From Candidatus Poribacteria bacterium (GTDB lineage Bacteria > Poribacteria > WGA-4E > GCA-2687025): 64,000 nucleotides of DNA. Shown here piece by piece: positions 9,892 to 19,369 of the stretch (the first letter of the stretch is position 1; each line of letters opens with the position of its first letter). Under the pieces are notes generated by a model. It had not been told where the DNA came from. It worked only from the letters and a program-made list of their open reading frames with translations, and did not search any database. The DNA lies in contig OY762492.1 of NCBI GenBank assembly GCA_963665845.2, positions 128,001 to 192,000 on the forward strand, in the 5' to 3' direction. The position numbers and the translations under genes were made by a program.

Positions 9892-10052
9892 CTGACCTCA
9901 TGCCAAGGTTGGGCATCTGAATCAACAAAGCCTTTATTCATGGGAAAAGGCGCCGCCAACCAGACCGTCATTCCCGCGCAAGCGGGAATCCAGAGGCGCG
10001 GCAGACGACGTCCGCGTTCGTCCGCCGCCGTGTCCCAACGACATAAGGTCAG
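9892..10052. mobile_element. MITE-like element (161 bp) inserted into a family-2 repeat
   Basis: Ends CTGACCTCATGCC / GACATAAGGTCAG; ATTCCT duplicated at 9886-9891 and 10053-10058; internal REP at 9967-9990. Confidence 0.85.
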
Positions 10053-10131
10053 ATTCCTCCCTTAAAATAAGGGCTAGGGAGGTTTGAGCGCCGGCGGACG
10101 GACGGGGCGGGTTAAGAGCCGTTTCCGCGCT

Positions 10132-11238
10132 TCAATCAAGTCCCGCCGCCGCGCGAAACTCCGCATCCTCCTGCACATCTGCGAACGCATGCTCATTTAA
10201 AAAGCTTTCAGCGATGACGCGGCTTTGATTGAGCATGAAATCGGCGGCAATTTTTAGATGATGAAGCGCCTTGCAGCGGTCTTTTTCGCCCGCCCAGAGG
10301 CTCGCCGCCAGACAATAATGCGTATCCGGAAGGATGTCGTCCGTCTCAATCGCTTTTGTTAGAAAATCGACCGCCTCTTGATACCGCCCCAACCTGAACA
10401 TGCAGGAGCCGACATCATGGCATGTCCAGCGCAGTTCTTCAGTATCGATAGGCTCCCCGGCGTTCTGTTTTTTCTGGAGCCTGTCGATATAGGCGCGCGC
10501 TTCCGCCGCCGCTTCTTCAAACAGCTCCCGCTCAGCCCGCCGCCCATGAACAAGGAGGCGGTTTGAAACGCATGCGAGCCAGAAACTGAAGCCGTCCTTC
10601 CAGTCGGGGTCGTCGTTCGCCTTCTCCAGAGCGGCTTGATAGCGCAGAGCCTCATCCAGCCGTCCATACATCATGCAGACCTCCATCCCGCCCTGCAAAA
10701 AACAGCATCGGCGATACAGGCTCACTTTGGGGCTGTTGAGATTCTGCGCCGCCTCATTGTAAAGCTGAAACCAGTCGTCCAGCCGCCCCTCCCGCTCCCA
10801 GCAGCGCGCATGGGAGGTGTCGTCCAGCGCCTTCAGCGCGTATTCATGGGGCGAAACGGATAACGCCCAGCGGTAGAGCCTCTCTTGTTGCTTGACCGTC
10901 TCCTTGTTTCGTTCGAGGGCGGCGAGCGCGTCGATCATCTCCCAATGCGACCAGAGCCGCTCGCTGTCGTCCAGGTCGCTTTTCAAGTAACGTCGGTGAA
11001 GCTGAACGCGCTTTGCCCAGCCGCGCTTGCCCTTGTAGTAAAAGATGTCATGGGCGAGATGCGCCAGCTCGCGCGTCAGCTCACCCTCCAGCGCCGCTTC
11101 CGCCTTCTCGTACGCTTCATTCAGCAAATCGCTTCCGGCGGTCGGGTCTTTTTTCGCCGTTGACATAAACGAGTCAAAGGCGCGGCGCATCTCCTGGATC
11201 GTATCCGGCACGGCTCTCATCCTTTCGTTACGGTTCAT
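10132..11238 (-). CDS. TPR-like helical repeat protein
   Basis: HDVGSCMFRLGRYQEAVDFLTKAIE, THYCLAA, C-terminal cap-like AFADVQEDAEF. Confidence 0.7.
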   Translation of the reverse strand: MNRNERMRAVPDTIQEMRRAFDSFMSTAKKDPTAGSDLLNEAYEKAEAALEGELTRELAHLAHDIFYYKGKRGWAKRVQLHRRYLKSDLDDSERLWSHWEMIDALAALERNKETVKQQERLYRWALSVSPHEYALKALDDTSHARCWEREGRLDDWFQLYNEAAQNLNSPKVSLYRRCCFLQGGMEVCMMYGRLDEALRYQAALEKANDDPDWKDGFSFWLACVSNRLLVHGRRAERELFEEAAAEARAYIDRLQKKQNAGEPIDTEELRWTCHDVGSCMFRLGRYQEAVDFLTKAIETDDILPDTHYCLAASLWAGEKDRCKALHHLKIAADFMLNQSRVIAESFLNEHAFADVQEDAEFRAAAGLD

Positions 11239-11319
11239 TTCGTTCCGCTCAATTGTAGACGTACCCTCCGAAAATTTTAGCGGATTTTATTCGATAGAAC
11301 AGCTGTGGGCTTCCGGCGC

Positions 11320-11529
11320 GTTACGTTTACCGCAAGGGCGGGAATGACCCCCGTTTTCACGGGGGCAGGCTATGAGGCGCGTCCGATTTCCCCTTGAAAA
11401 GGGGGCTAGGGGGGTTTAAAGGACGGGCGCGGCGGCTGCGATGCCTTAAGATTCCCGCTTGCGCGGGAATGACGCCGCGCGGGGCGGGGCTTTTCCGCTG
11501 TCATAAGGATTCTTCCGTCATGATGTCAG
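11320..11529. repeat. Composite repeat cluster: partial REP, family-2 hairpin, REP (11450-11473) and one MITE end (GTCATGATGTCAG ending 11529)
   Basis: 11378-11474 is nearly identical to 26531-26626. Confidence 0.85.
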
Positions 11530-11538
11530 ATGCGCCTG

Positions 11539-11567
11539 TTGATTTTTAACCTGTAAGACGATAACAT
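11539..11567 (+). promoter_or_regulatory. Sigma70-type promoter for the HEAT/ABC-permease operon
   Basis: TTGATT, 17 bp, TAACAT; GGAGG RBS before ATG 11597. Confidence 0.5.
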
Positions 11568-11596
11568 ACATCCATACAACGAAAGCGGGAGGCGCG

Positions 11597-12544
11597 ATGA
11601 AGTGTAAGGGTCAGGCGTTGAAAGGTTTTCAAGGCGTATGCGCATTGGCGGCGCTGGCGCTCATATTCGGATGCGGACAGCAGAATGAGTCGCTCACCGA
11701 GGCAAAGTCGCTTCTCAAATCGGAGAAGCGCAACCGCATTGAGCTTGCCGCCAATCAGCTGAAACAGGCGCTAGAGGCGGAACTGACAAGCCGAGACGAG
11801 GCTGAAGCGCGTTACCTGCTCGGTTATTACGGCATCAACCTTGCCGTTGAAAAGCGCGCCGAGCTGTTTTCAGAAGCCGCCCGCTTGGAACCAAGACGCT
11901 ACGAAGACTCGCTCATCCATGAGGCGCTGCGCGACCAAGACAGCGATATTCGAGAAGCGGTGCGCGCGGCGCTGGCGGAGCGGTATGAATCCCGCAAAGA
12001 ACCAATACGGCGCGCCTTGATGGACGCGCTGAAAGGCAAGGACAACCGCGCCCGCGCCGACGCCGCCTGGGTTCTCGGATACCTCGCCGCCCAAGACAGC
12101 GCCTTGAAGGACGGGATCAAGCAAGCGTTGACGCACAAGCGCATGGAGACGCGCCTGAACGCTGTCGCCGCCATCGAAGAGCTGGCGCAGCACAACCCCG
12201 AAGCCGCCCGCTCCTTTATCCCAGAGCTGCTGGAAAAGATCGACGGAAAGCCGAAGCGCGTCTGGTGGAAAGTATGGGATCGAGAAGGCGAACGCGAAGC
12301 GCCCGAAACGCGCGCCCTGTCGGTACGCGCCCTCGGAACGATGGGAGCGGTTGACGAACTGCTCGGCGTCCTGCGCAACAAAGGCTCCTCGCTCCGCGCC
12401 GACGCCCTGCAGGCGCTCATCGCCGCCGGCGGAAGCGAAACGACCATCGACGCGCTGTTAGACCTGCTCCAAGAAGAGAGCGGCGGCGCAGACGGATGGA
12501 ATTCATCCCGGCGAGACGGACAAACCTTGACGCAGGTACGATGA
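11597..12544 (+). CDS. HEAT-repeat lipoprotein
   Basis: Lipobox LIFGC; HEAT-like units RADAAWVLG, RLNAVAAI, RALSVRALG, RADALQAL. Confidence 0.75.
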   Translation: MKCKGQALKGFQGVCALAALALIFGCGQQNESLTEAKSLLKSEKRNRIELAANQLKQALEAELTSRDEAEARYLLGYYGINLAVEKRAELFSEAARLEPRRYEDSLIHEALRDQDSDIREAVRAALAERYESRKEPIRRALMDALKGKDNRARADAAWVLGYLAAQDSALKDGIKQALTHKRMETRLNAVAAIEELAQHNPEAARSFIPELLEKIDGKPKRVWWKVWDREGEREAPETRALSVRALGTMGAVDELLGVLRNKGSSLRADALQALIAAGGSETTIDALLDLLQEESGGADGWNSSRRDGQTLTQVR

Positions 12545-12545
12545 G

Positions 12546-13847
12546 ATGATCAAAGGCTTAACAACAATCCAACGCGCCGGCTGGATATACGCCGCGGTTC
12601 TTTTGACGGCCGCCTTAGCAGGCTGCGGCGAATTGAACGAATGGAAAGACGAACGGCTAGGGCTGACAGCGGAGCGGCTGGACCCGCAGCTCGAAGATCG
12701 ATGGGGCGCCAAGGGGGTCGCCGCGGCGCAGGTTCCGCCCAGTTCCGACCTGGAGCAGGGCGATCTCATCACGCATCTGGCGGCGCGTTACCCTGTCTCT
12801 ACTCAAGGCGAGCTGGAGGCGGCTCTGAAACGCGCGATGGCGCCGCAAAAACGGTTTTGGCATATCGGCGCGGAAGACCGATCCGACGCGTCGGCGCTGC
12901 TTGAAATTGAGCGGAACGGCGAGACGATCTATATCGAACTTGCCGCCCGAAAGCCGTCCGAATGGAACACGCATGGCGCCGCCTTTTCAGGAACGCAGGT
13001 TTCGTCGGTCCGCGCGGGCTATGAATCGTCCCAGTCGCTTAGCCCGGCGGAAGCGGCGGGTCTCGCGCCCGGCGACCGCGTCGCCGCTGTCATCGACGAA
13101 GAAGCGGTCGAAAGCGTCAAGGCGTTCAAAAAAGCGGCGGAACGCGCCCAAAACGCCGCGCAGATTTATGTGTACACCCGCGAGCTGGCGGGCGTCAAAA
13201 TCGAAGCGATACACGCTGTAGGGCAGCTCGGCGCCGACAGCCCAGAAGCGCTGGACAGACTCTTAGCGATCATGGAGCGGGAGAAAGACCCCGCCGTCCG
13301 CCGAACCGCGGCGCGCGCCCTGGAGGCTCTGGCGCCAAGCCAAAAAGACAAACGCCTGCTGGAAGCCGCGCTGCGGCGCCTCAACGAGGCGAATGAGCCG
13401 GATGTCGAGATACGCCGAAGCGCCGCCTCCATGATCGAATCGCTTTCAAAAACGCTAGGGGCAAACGCCTTTGACGAAAACGCGGTCGCCTCGGCCGCCG
13501 AGGCGATGAACGACTCCGACCCAGGCGTGCAGCTGAAAGCGGGCGTTATCTTGAGCCGTCTAGGAGAGCGCTCTCTGCCGGCGCTCCGTTCGGCGCTGAA
13601 CGCGGGCGAATCGCTGCGCGTTCAGGACATCGCCGCTTCCGCTCTGGGCGACATCGGCGGAAACGAAGCGCGCCGAGAGCTGATCAACGCGCTACGTACC
13701 GCTGAAGATGTGACGCTTCAACTGACCATCGCAACGGCGCTCGCCAAAGTGGGCGGAACGCAGCAACTGCGCGCGTTCCTGCAAACCTCCCCCAGCCCAG
13801 GCGTTGAGGAGTTTGTGCGCCAATTGGTTGAATCGCCCGATTCATAG
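12546..13847 (+). CDS. Lipoprotein with PDZ-like segments and HEAT repeats
   Basis: Lipobox LAGC; SPAEAAGLAPGDRV and LEQGDLI (PDZ-like); VRRTAARALE, IRRSAA, IAASALGDIG. Confidence 0.75.
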   Translation: MIKGLTTIQRAGWIYAAVLLTAALAGCGELNEWKDERLGLTAERLDPQLEDRWGAKGVAAAQVPPSSDLEQGDLITHLAARYPVSTQGELEAALKRAMAPQKRFWHIGAEDRSDASALLEIERNGETIYIELAARKPSEWNTHGAAFSGTQVSSVRAGYESSQSLSPAEAAGLAPGDRVAAVIDEEAVESVKAFKKAAERAQNAAQIYVYTRELAGVKIEAIHAVGQLGADSPEALDRLLAIMEREKDPAVRRTAARALEALAPSQKDKRLLEAALRRLNEANEPDVEIRRSAASMIESLSKTLGANAFDENAVASAAEAMNDSDPGVQLKAGVILSRLGERSLPALRSALNAGESLRVQDIAASALGDIGGNEARRELINALRTAEDVTLQLTIATALAKVGGTQQLRAFLQTSPSPGVEEFVRQLVESPDS

Positions 13848-13865
13848 GATGTAGAGCGAAAAGCG

Positions 13866-15107
13866 GTGCGTATCCTTGAAGGCATTTTTTCCGGCTGGTC
13901 GGCGCTGAAAGCGAACAAGCTGCGCTCCCTCTTAACGATGCTCGGAATCGTCATCGGAACGGGCGGCGTCATCGGCACCATCTCCTTCGGCGACGGCGCC
14001 CGTCAACTGGTCATGCTGGAGGTGGACAAGATCGGCGGCGCCTCCACCTTCAACGTACACCGCCCCAGCTGGGTGCGCCGAGACGGGCGGTGGATCCCGA
14101 ACCCGAGCAGCGAACGCCTCTCGATGCGCGATGTACAACTGATCGAAACCTACTGCCCCTCCGTTGAATGGGTCGCCCCGGACGCCGGCCGCAGGGTGTT
14201 TCTCTCCAACGAAGGCGATTCCAAAACATCCGACCTCCGCGCCACTACCGGCGTCTATAAACATATCCGCGAATGGTCAAACAGCCTCGGCCGATTCTTA
14301 GAGGATGCCGACGTTGATCTCTGGAACAAAGTGGTCGTCATCGGATCGGAGGTTGCCTCCGATCTTTTCGGCAAGCTGGACCCTGTCGGCGAAGGGCTGC
14401 GCATCAACAACCAACGGTTCACCGTTGTCGGCGTTATGGAATCGAAAGGCGGCGGAGACAGCCCCGCCGGCAGCCTCGACAACCAGGTCTTCGTCCCCTA
14501 CACAACGGCGCATACCGCCTTCTGGGGAGGACAGAAGGTCGACAATCTTCTGCTGAAAGCGTTCTCGCCGGAGCTGCGCGAAAAAGCGGAGAAAGAAACG
14601 CAGGCGGTCCTCCGCCGACACCACGGCGGCGACGACTTTGTCCGTATCTATTCCCAGGCGGCTGAAATGGAAAGCGCCGGCAACTTTCTGGGAAAAGCGA
14701 TACAGATCGCCCTCGGCGCCATCGCCGCCATGTCGCTTCTGATTGCCGGCATCGGCATACTCAACATCATGCTGGTCAGCGTCGCCGAACGGGTGCGCGA
14801 GATCGGGCTGCGAAAAGCGGTCGGCGCGACGCGCATCAATATCGCCGTTCAGTTTCTGGTGGAAGGCGCCTTTCTCTGCCTGATAGGGAGTCTTGTCGGC
14901 GTCTTCTTCGGATGGCTCACCGAACGCGCCCTCGCCTTCGCCGTCGTCACGTTTGTCATGAAGGGCGGCTCTTGGCCCTCTCTCATCTCTTGGACCTCCG
15001 TAGCGCTCTCCGTGTCGGTCGGCTCGTTGACAGGCGTCGTCGCCAGCGCGGCGCCCGCCGTCCGCGCCGCAAAACTTCCGCCCGTTGACGCGCTGAGGCA
15101 TCAGTAA
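13866..15107 (+). CDS. MacB/FtsX-family ABC transporter permease
   Basis: NKLRSLLTMLGIVIG, GIGILNIMLVSVAERVREIGLRKAVGA, PVDALRHQ. Confidence 0.93.
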   Translation: MRILEGIFSGWSALKANKLRSLLTMLGIVIGTGGVIGTISFGDGARQLVMLEVDKIGGASTFNVHRPSWVRRDGRWIPNPSSERLSMRDVQLIETYCPSVEWVAPDAGRRVFLSNEGDSKTSDLRATTGVYKHIREWSNSLGRFLEDADVDLWNKVVVIGSEVASDLFGKLDPVGEGLRINNQRFTVVGVMESKGGGDSPAGSLDNQVFVPYTTAHTAFWGGQKVDNLLLKAFSPELREKAEKETQAVLRRHHGGDDFVRIYSQAAEMESAGNFLGKAIQIALGAIAAMSLLIAGIGILNIMLVSVAERVREIGLRKAVGATRINIAVQFLVEGAFLCLIGSLVGVFFGWLTERALAFAVVTFVMKGGSWPSLISWTSVALSVSVGSLTGVVASAAPAVRAAKLPPVDALRHQ

Positions 15108-16375
15108 TGGTCTTCAGCCACAGCTTCTTTCAGGGACTCATGGCGCTGTTCCGCCACAAATTCCGCGCCTTTTTAACGACGCTCGGAATGGTCATCGGCA
15201 TCGCTTCCGTTACCGTCTCCGTCTCCGTCAGCGAGGGCTTGAACCAGATGATCATGGACCTGCTCAACCAGATGGGCATGGGCAATACGGTCATCTGCTT
15301 TCGCCCCGAATGGATTGAGCGCGAGGATGGACGCTGGGAGCGGAACGACTCCCGCGCCTACCTGCGCTACGGCGACGTTCAGGCGATCGAGTCGAACGCG
15401 CCGTCGGTCGAGTTTGTGCTGCCGGAGATGTGGTGGGACCTGCGCGCGACCCATGGCGGACGCTCAAAACAGACGCGCGCTGTCGGCACAACGCAGCATT
15501 ACGCGGTTGGACACAACTGGAAGCTGGACAGAGGCAGATTTATAACCGAACTGGATGTGGAGCGGGAGGACAAGGTGTGCGTCGTCGGAGCCGACCTGGA
15601 ACGCGATCTTTACCCAGGCGACTCCGCCTTAGGCAAGGACATCACCTTGGCGGGGGAGAGGCTGACCGTCGTCGGCGTGATGGAGCGCAAACCGGACGAT
15701 ACGCCCGACTTCACAGGCTCCAACGACAGCCTCATCATGCCGTTGACCACCTTCAGCCAGCGGTTCGCCGGGCATGACGGCGTCGGCGTGTTCTTTATAC
15801 GGGCAAAGTCCGCCCTCGCGGTTGAAGACGCGGTGAAGGAGGTGAAACTGACGCTGCGCCGCCGGCACCGTTTGAGCGCGGCGACGGACGCTTTTCAGTT
15901 CCAAACATCGGACGAAATCATCCGCGCCGTTGAGCAGGTCAGCTTCATCATGAAAGCGTTTCTGTCAGGCGTCGCCAGCATTGCGCTGCTGGTAGGCGGC
16001 GTCGGAATCATGAACATGATGCTCGTGACCGTCACCGAACGAACGCATGAGATCGGTTTGCGAAAGGCGGTCGGCGCCAGACGGCGGCATATCCTTTCGC
16101 AGTTTCTGATTGAGGCGGTCGTTCTCGGCGGACTCGGCGGAGTTATCGGCGTCGGCTTCGGATGGTGTTTAAGCAAACTCGCCTCGTTCGGCATTTCGTC
16201 CGCCCTGCGCCGTTCCAGCGCCGAGGGTTTGATCGTCGATTGGCCCTCCGTCGTCTCGCTGGAGTCGGCTCTGTTCGCCATGCTCATTTCGGGATGCATC
16301 GGCGTCTTGGCGGGGATCTTTCCCGCTTTCCGCGCCGGGCTAATGCCGCCTGTTGATGCGATACGTCATCAATAG
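15107..16375 (+). CDS. MacB/FtsX-family ABC transporter permease (paralogue)
   Basis: KFRAFLTTLGMVIG, GVGIMNMMLVTVTERTHEIGLRKAVGA; TAATG stop/start overlap. Confidence 0.93.
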   Translation: MVFSHSFFQGLMALFRHKFRAFLTTLGMVIGIASVTVSVSVSEGLNQMIMDLLNQMGMGNTVICFRPEWIEREDGRWERNDSRAYLRYGDVQAIESNAPSVEFVLPEMWWDLRATHGGRSKQTRAVGTTQHYAVGHNWKLDRGRFITELDVEREDKVCVVGADLERDLYPGDSALGKDITLAGERLTVVGVMERKPDDTPDFTGSNDSLIMPLTTFSQRFAGHDGVGVFFIRAKSALAVEDAVKEVKLTLRRRHRLSAATDAFQFQTSDEIIRAVEQVSFIMKAFLSGVASIALLVGGVGIMNMMLVTVTERTHEIGLRKAVGARRRHILSQFLIEAVVLGGLGGVIGVGFGWCLSKLASFGISSALRRSSAEGLIVDWPSVVSLESALFAMLISGCIGVLAGIFPAFRAGLMPPVDAIRHQ

Positions 16376-16462
16376 AAGTTGGGTCGCCAAACAGCCCATG
16401 TGTCGCCCCGCGCTTGACGCCTCCGCCGCCGCATGCGAAACTGAAACCGCTGCGAAGAGAGG

Positions 16463-18133
16463 ATGCCGATGTTTGAACAGATGATCCCTGACGACTGCGT
16501 CTCCGTCGCCGAAGCGGGAAGATGGGCAAGCGAGCGCCTGAACCGAGAGGTGACCCCCGCCAACATCGCCTACCTGATCCAGTACGGGCGCGTCCAAAAA
16601 TACGAAAAAGAAGGCGCGCCCGCCGTCTCCAAACAGGAGCTGCTGGACTACTACCGCGCCTTTCTGGGACGGCGCGAACTGGACTGGAAAGACCGCCTCG
16701 GCGGCGTCAACTGGAAACTCTCCTTTGACCAATACAAAGAGGCGGAAACGACGAAGCATGTCCATCGGCTGCATCCGTATAAGGGCAAATTCATTCCGCA
16801 GCTGGCGGAGTATTTTTTGGACGGCGGCGTGGACGAGTTCAAAAAAGAGGCGCGCTTCCAGCCAGGCGACATCGTCCTAGACCCGTTCTGTGGAAGCGGC
16901 ACCACGCTTGTTCAAGCAAACGAGCTGGGCATGCATGCGGTCGGAGTGGATGTGTCCGCGTTCAACGCGCGCATCAGCAATGTGAAGGTTGGACGCCAGC
17001 CTCTTGTGAAGGCGCTGACGGAGCTGGACAACATCACGCGCTCGCTGCGCCTGCATGCCGACTCCACAACGATACCTGCATTTGAGGCGCGCTTGTCCGA
17101 GGAGCTGTCCGCATTCAACCGCCGCTTTTTTCCATCCCCAGAATTCAAACGCAAAGCGCGCCTTGGACAGATCGACGAGAAGGCGTACGGCAACGAAAAA
17201 GCGGACAAGTTCACGCGCCGTTTTCTAGAGTTGACCGACGAATACGGCGTCCAGATTCTGCAAGACGGCTCCGACCGATTTCTTGACAAGTGGTTTCTTC
17301 AGCCGGTCCGCGTTGAGATCGACCTTGCCGCCGAGGCGGTCGCGCGCATAGCGGACGAGGCGATACGGCATCTTGCGGAGCTGATCTTGAGCCGAACCAT
17401 CCGCACCTGCCGCGCGACGACGCATGCGGATCTGGCGACGCTGAAGGAGCCGGTGTCGGCGCCGTACTACTGCGCGAAACACGGCAAGATTTGCCGCCCC
17501 CTGTTTTCGATGCTGGGCTGGTGGACGCGGTATTGTCAGGACACGCTGCAGCGGCTTGACCAGTTCAACCAGCTGCGCACCGACACGCGGCAGATCTGCC
17601 TTGTCGGCGATTCGCGCGCCATCGATCTGGAGGCGGAGCTGGCGCAGGAAATGCCGGCGCTGGGTCGGTTGATGAAGGAGCGCGGGATACGCGGAATCTT
17701 CACGAGTCCGCCGTACGTGGGTCTTATCAACTACCATGAGCAGCATGCGTATTCGTACGACCTGTTTTCGTTTGAGCGGCGCGACGCGCTGGAGATCGGT
17801 CCGCTTTTTAAAGGTACGGGAAAGAAGGCGCGGGAAGAGTATGCGGCGGGAGTGTCGGCGGCGCTGCGGAATTGCGCCCGTTTTCTGGCGGACGATTACG
17901 ACGCCTATGTGGTCGCCAACGACAAGCATGGGCTGTACGAGACGATCGCGGACAGGGCGGGCATGCGGATTGTTCAGCGTTATGAGCGCCCCGTCTTAAA
18001 CCGCACCGAGAAGGACAAGAGCGCCTATTCGGAGACGATTTTTCATATGAAAGCGAAACGAGGACAACTTAAGCATGGCGTTTTCAAGCGAACAAAGGCA
18101 GTACCTACAGGCGATGATATTCATTTTGCGTGA
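16463..18133 (+). CDS. Site-specific DNA methyltransferase, probably N4-cytosine, with N-terminal HTH-like segment
   Basis: HPYKGKFIPQL, LDPFCGSGTT, TSPPY; N-terminus VSVAEAGRWASERLNREVTPANIAYLIQYG. Confidence 0.88.
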   Translation: MPMFEQMIPDDCVSVAEAGRWASERLNREVTPANIAYLIQYGRVQKYEKEGAPAVSKQELLDYYRAFLGRRELDWKDRLGGVNWKLSFDQYKEAETTKHVHRLHPYKGKFIPQLAEYFLDGGVDEFKKEARFQPGDIVLDPFCGSGTTLVQANELGMHAVGVDVSAFNARISNVKVGRQPLVKALTELDNITRSLRLHADSTTIPAFEARLSEELSAFNRRFFPSPEFKRKARLGQIDEKAYGNEKADKFTRRFLELTDEYGVQILQDGSDRFLDKWFLQPVRVEIDLAAEAVARIADEAIRHLAELILSRTIRTCRATTHADLATLKEPVSAPYYCAKHGKICRPLFSMLGWWTRYCQDTLQRLDQFNQLRTDTRQICLVGDSRAIDLEAELAQEMPALGRLMKERGIRGIFTSPPYVGLINYHEQHAYSYDLFSFERRDALEIGPLFKGTGKKAREEYAAGVSAALRNCARFLADDYDAYVVANDKHGLYETIADRAGMRIVQRYERPVLNRTEKDKSAYSETIFHMKAKRGQLKHGVFKRTKAVPTGDDIHFA

Positions 18134-18167
18134 CGGCCCGCCGATCCAGACCGTCATTCCCGCGTAA
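18075..18167 (+). pseudogene. Possible truncated remnant of a downstream gene (30 aa) ending inside a REP
   Basis: GAGGA RBS at about 18060, then MAFSSEQRQYLQAMIFILRDGPPIQTVIPA*; the stop lies in the REP at 18153-18176. Confidence 0.3.
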
Positions 18168-18263
18168 GCGGGAATCCAGAGGCGAACGCATAACGTCCCG
18201 CGTTCGGCTGTTATGCCCGCGTCCGCGGAAACCCCCCCAGCCCCCCTTTTCAAGGGGGGAATC
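18153..18263 (+). repeat. REP hairpin plus family-2 hairpin between convergent genes
   Basis: GTCATTCCCGCGTAAGCGGGAATC and CCCCCCCAGCCCCCCTTTTCAAGGGGGGAATC. Confidence 0.9.
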
Positions 18264-18283
18264 GGACGCGGCGGCGCGTCGGA

Positions 18284-19369
18284 TTACCGCGCGGACTTTT
18301 CCCTGTTGCACGATTTACAAAGCATCTGGCAATTCTCTTCGTCGGTCTTGCCGCCTTCTGACCATGGCGTTTTATGGTCGGCTTCCATCGCTTTGATTTC
18401 AAATTTCTCCTTACAGACGGGGCAAACGCCGGACTGCTTTTCGTACACCTTTTGCTTCGTCTTGTCTGGAAAGGCGCGTATGTTCAGATGTTTCTCATCG
18501 CCCGTCAGAATGTACGGGTAGATGCCCGCGTCCCGGGTCACCTCATCGTCGTCTACAAGTCGGGCGGTTTCCGCCTCGATCTCATCAGGGTCAAGGTCGG
18601 CGTCTTTAAAATCGCGGTGCAGCGTACCCCAATCTACGCCCCGCATCATTTTTGGTCTTGTGTTCGTGAACGTGGATTTGACCCACTCGATCACCGATTG
18701 AAAATACTCCCATAGGGGCAGCGCGTTTTCTTTCTGCTGATGCGTCCCCATGTAGTCCTCAATCGCGTCTTCGCTGATCCACCTGATCGCTGTCTCCAAG
18801 TACTCTTGTCGGTTTGCCCTACCGCTGACATAATCCTTGCCGATTTGGTATGCTGGGCCAAGATGCCGACTAAAATACCGCTTGGCGTCGGACAACCATG
18901 ATCCAGCGTAGACGGCGTTGCGCAATTCTTGATTCGTCAACTTCAGTCCCGCAATGTTGATCGTCTTGAACCAGTCCAACTTCTCGCTGTCGGTCCCAGT
19001 GCAAACGTAGACCATCAACTTGTAATTCTCGACCAACGCTTTCTCGTCGGATTGGAGATTGTCAAAATATTTGTAGTCGACCGAGAATTTGCCGCCCACA
19101 TACCGCGCAATGGAGATGGTGCGCTGCTGACCGTCAATGATCTCGAACGTGCCGTCTTCCCGAGCTGCCCAGTACATCACGTTCAACGGGAACCCTTTCA
19201 GGATCGAATCGATGACGGCGTTGCGCTCCTTCTCCTTGTAGATAAACTCCCGCTGAAACGGCGGACGGATGTCCAGTTTGCCGCTGTACCCGGTCACGCC
19301 ACCGTCGCCATCGTCCCTGTAATCCTTGACAAGCTCTTCCACCGTGATGTCCAACAACTCGATTTTCAT
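18284..19369 (-). CDS. DUF262 (GmrSD N-terminal-like) + HNH endonuclease
   Basis: RPPFQREF, IIDGQQR, FKTIN; C-terminal CPVC...EADH...GG...N...LCKSCN. Confidence 0.9.
   Translation of the reverse strand: MKIELLDITVEELVKDYRDDGDGGVTGYSGKLDIRPPFQREFIYKEKERNAVIDSILKGFPLNVMYWAAREDGTFEIIDGQQRTISIARYVGGKFSVDYKYFDNLQSDEKALVENYKLMVYVCTGTDSEKLDWFKTINIAGLKLTNQELRNAVYAGSWLSDAKRYFSRHLGPAYQIGKDYVSGRANRQEYLETAIRWISEDAIEDYMGTHQQKENALPLWEYFQSVIEWVKSTFTNTRPKMMRGVDWGTLHRDFKDADLDPDEIEAETARLVDDDEVTRDAGIYPYILTGDEKHLNIRAFPDKTKQKVYEKQSGVCPVCKEKFEIKAMEADHKTPWSEGGKTDEENCQMLCKSCNREKSAR

Noticed and set aside
11597-13847. One HEAT gene split by frameshift or readthrough
   Set aside because: The second ORF has its own start and lipoprotein signal peptide.
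18130-18396. Short ORFs containing SFPRKRES / VIPAQAGI / LDSRLRGND (also 3989, 20439, 31486, 43352, 49039)
   Set aside because: They are translations of the REP palindromes, not credible genes.
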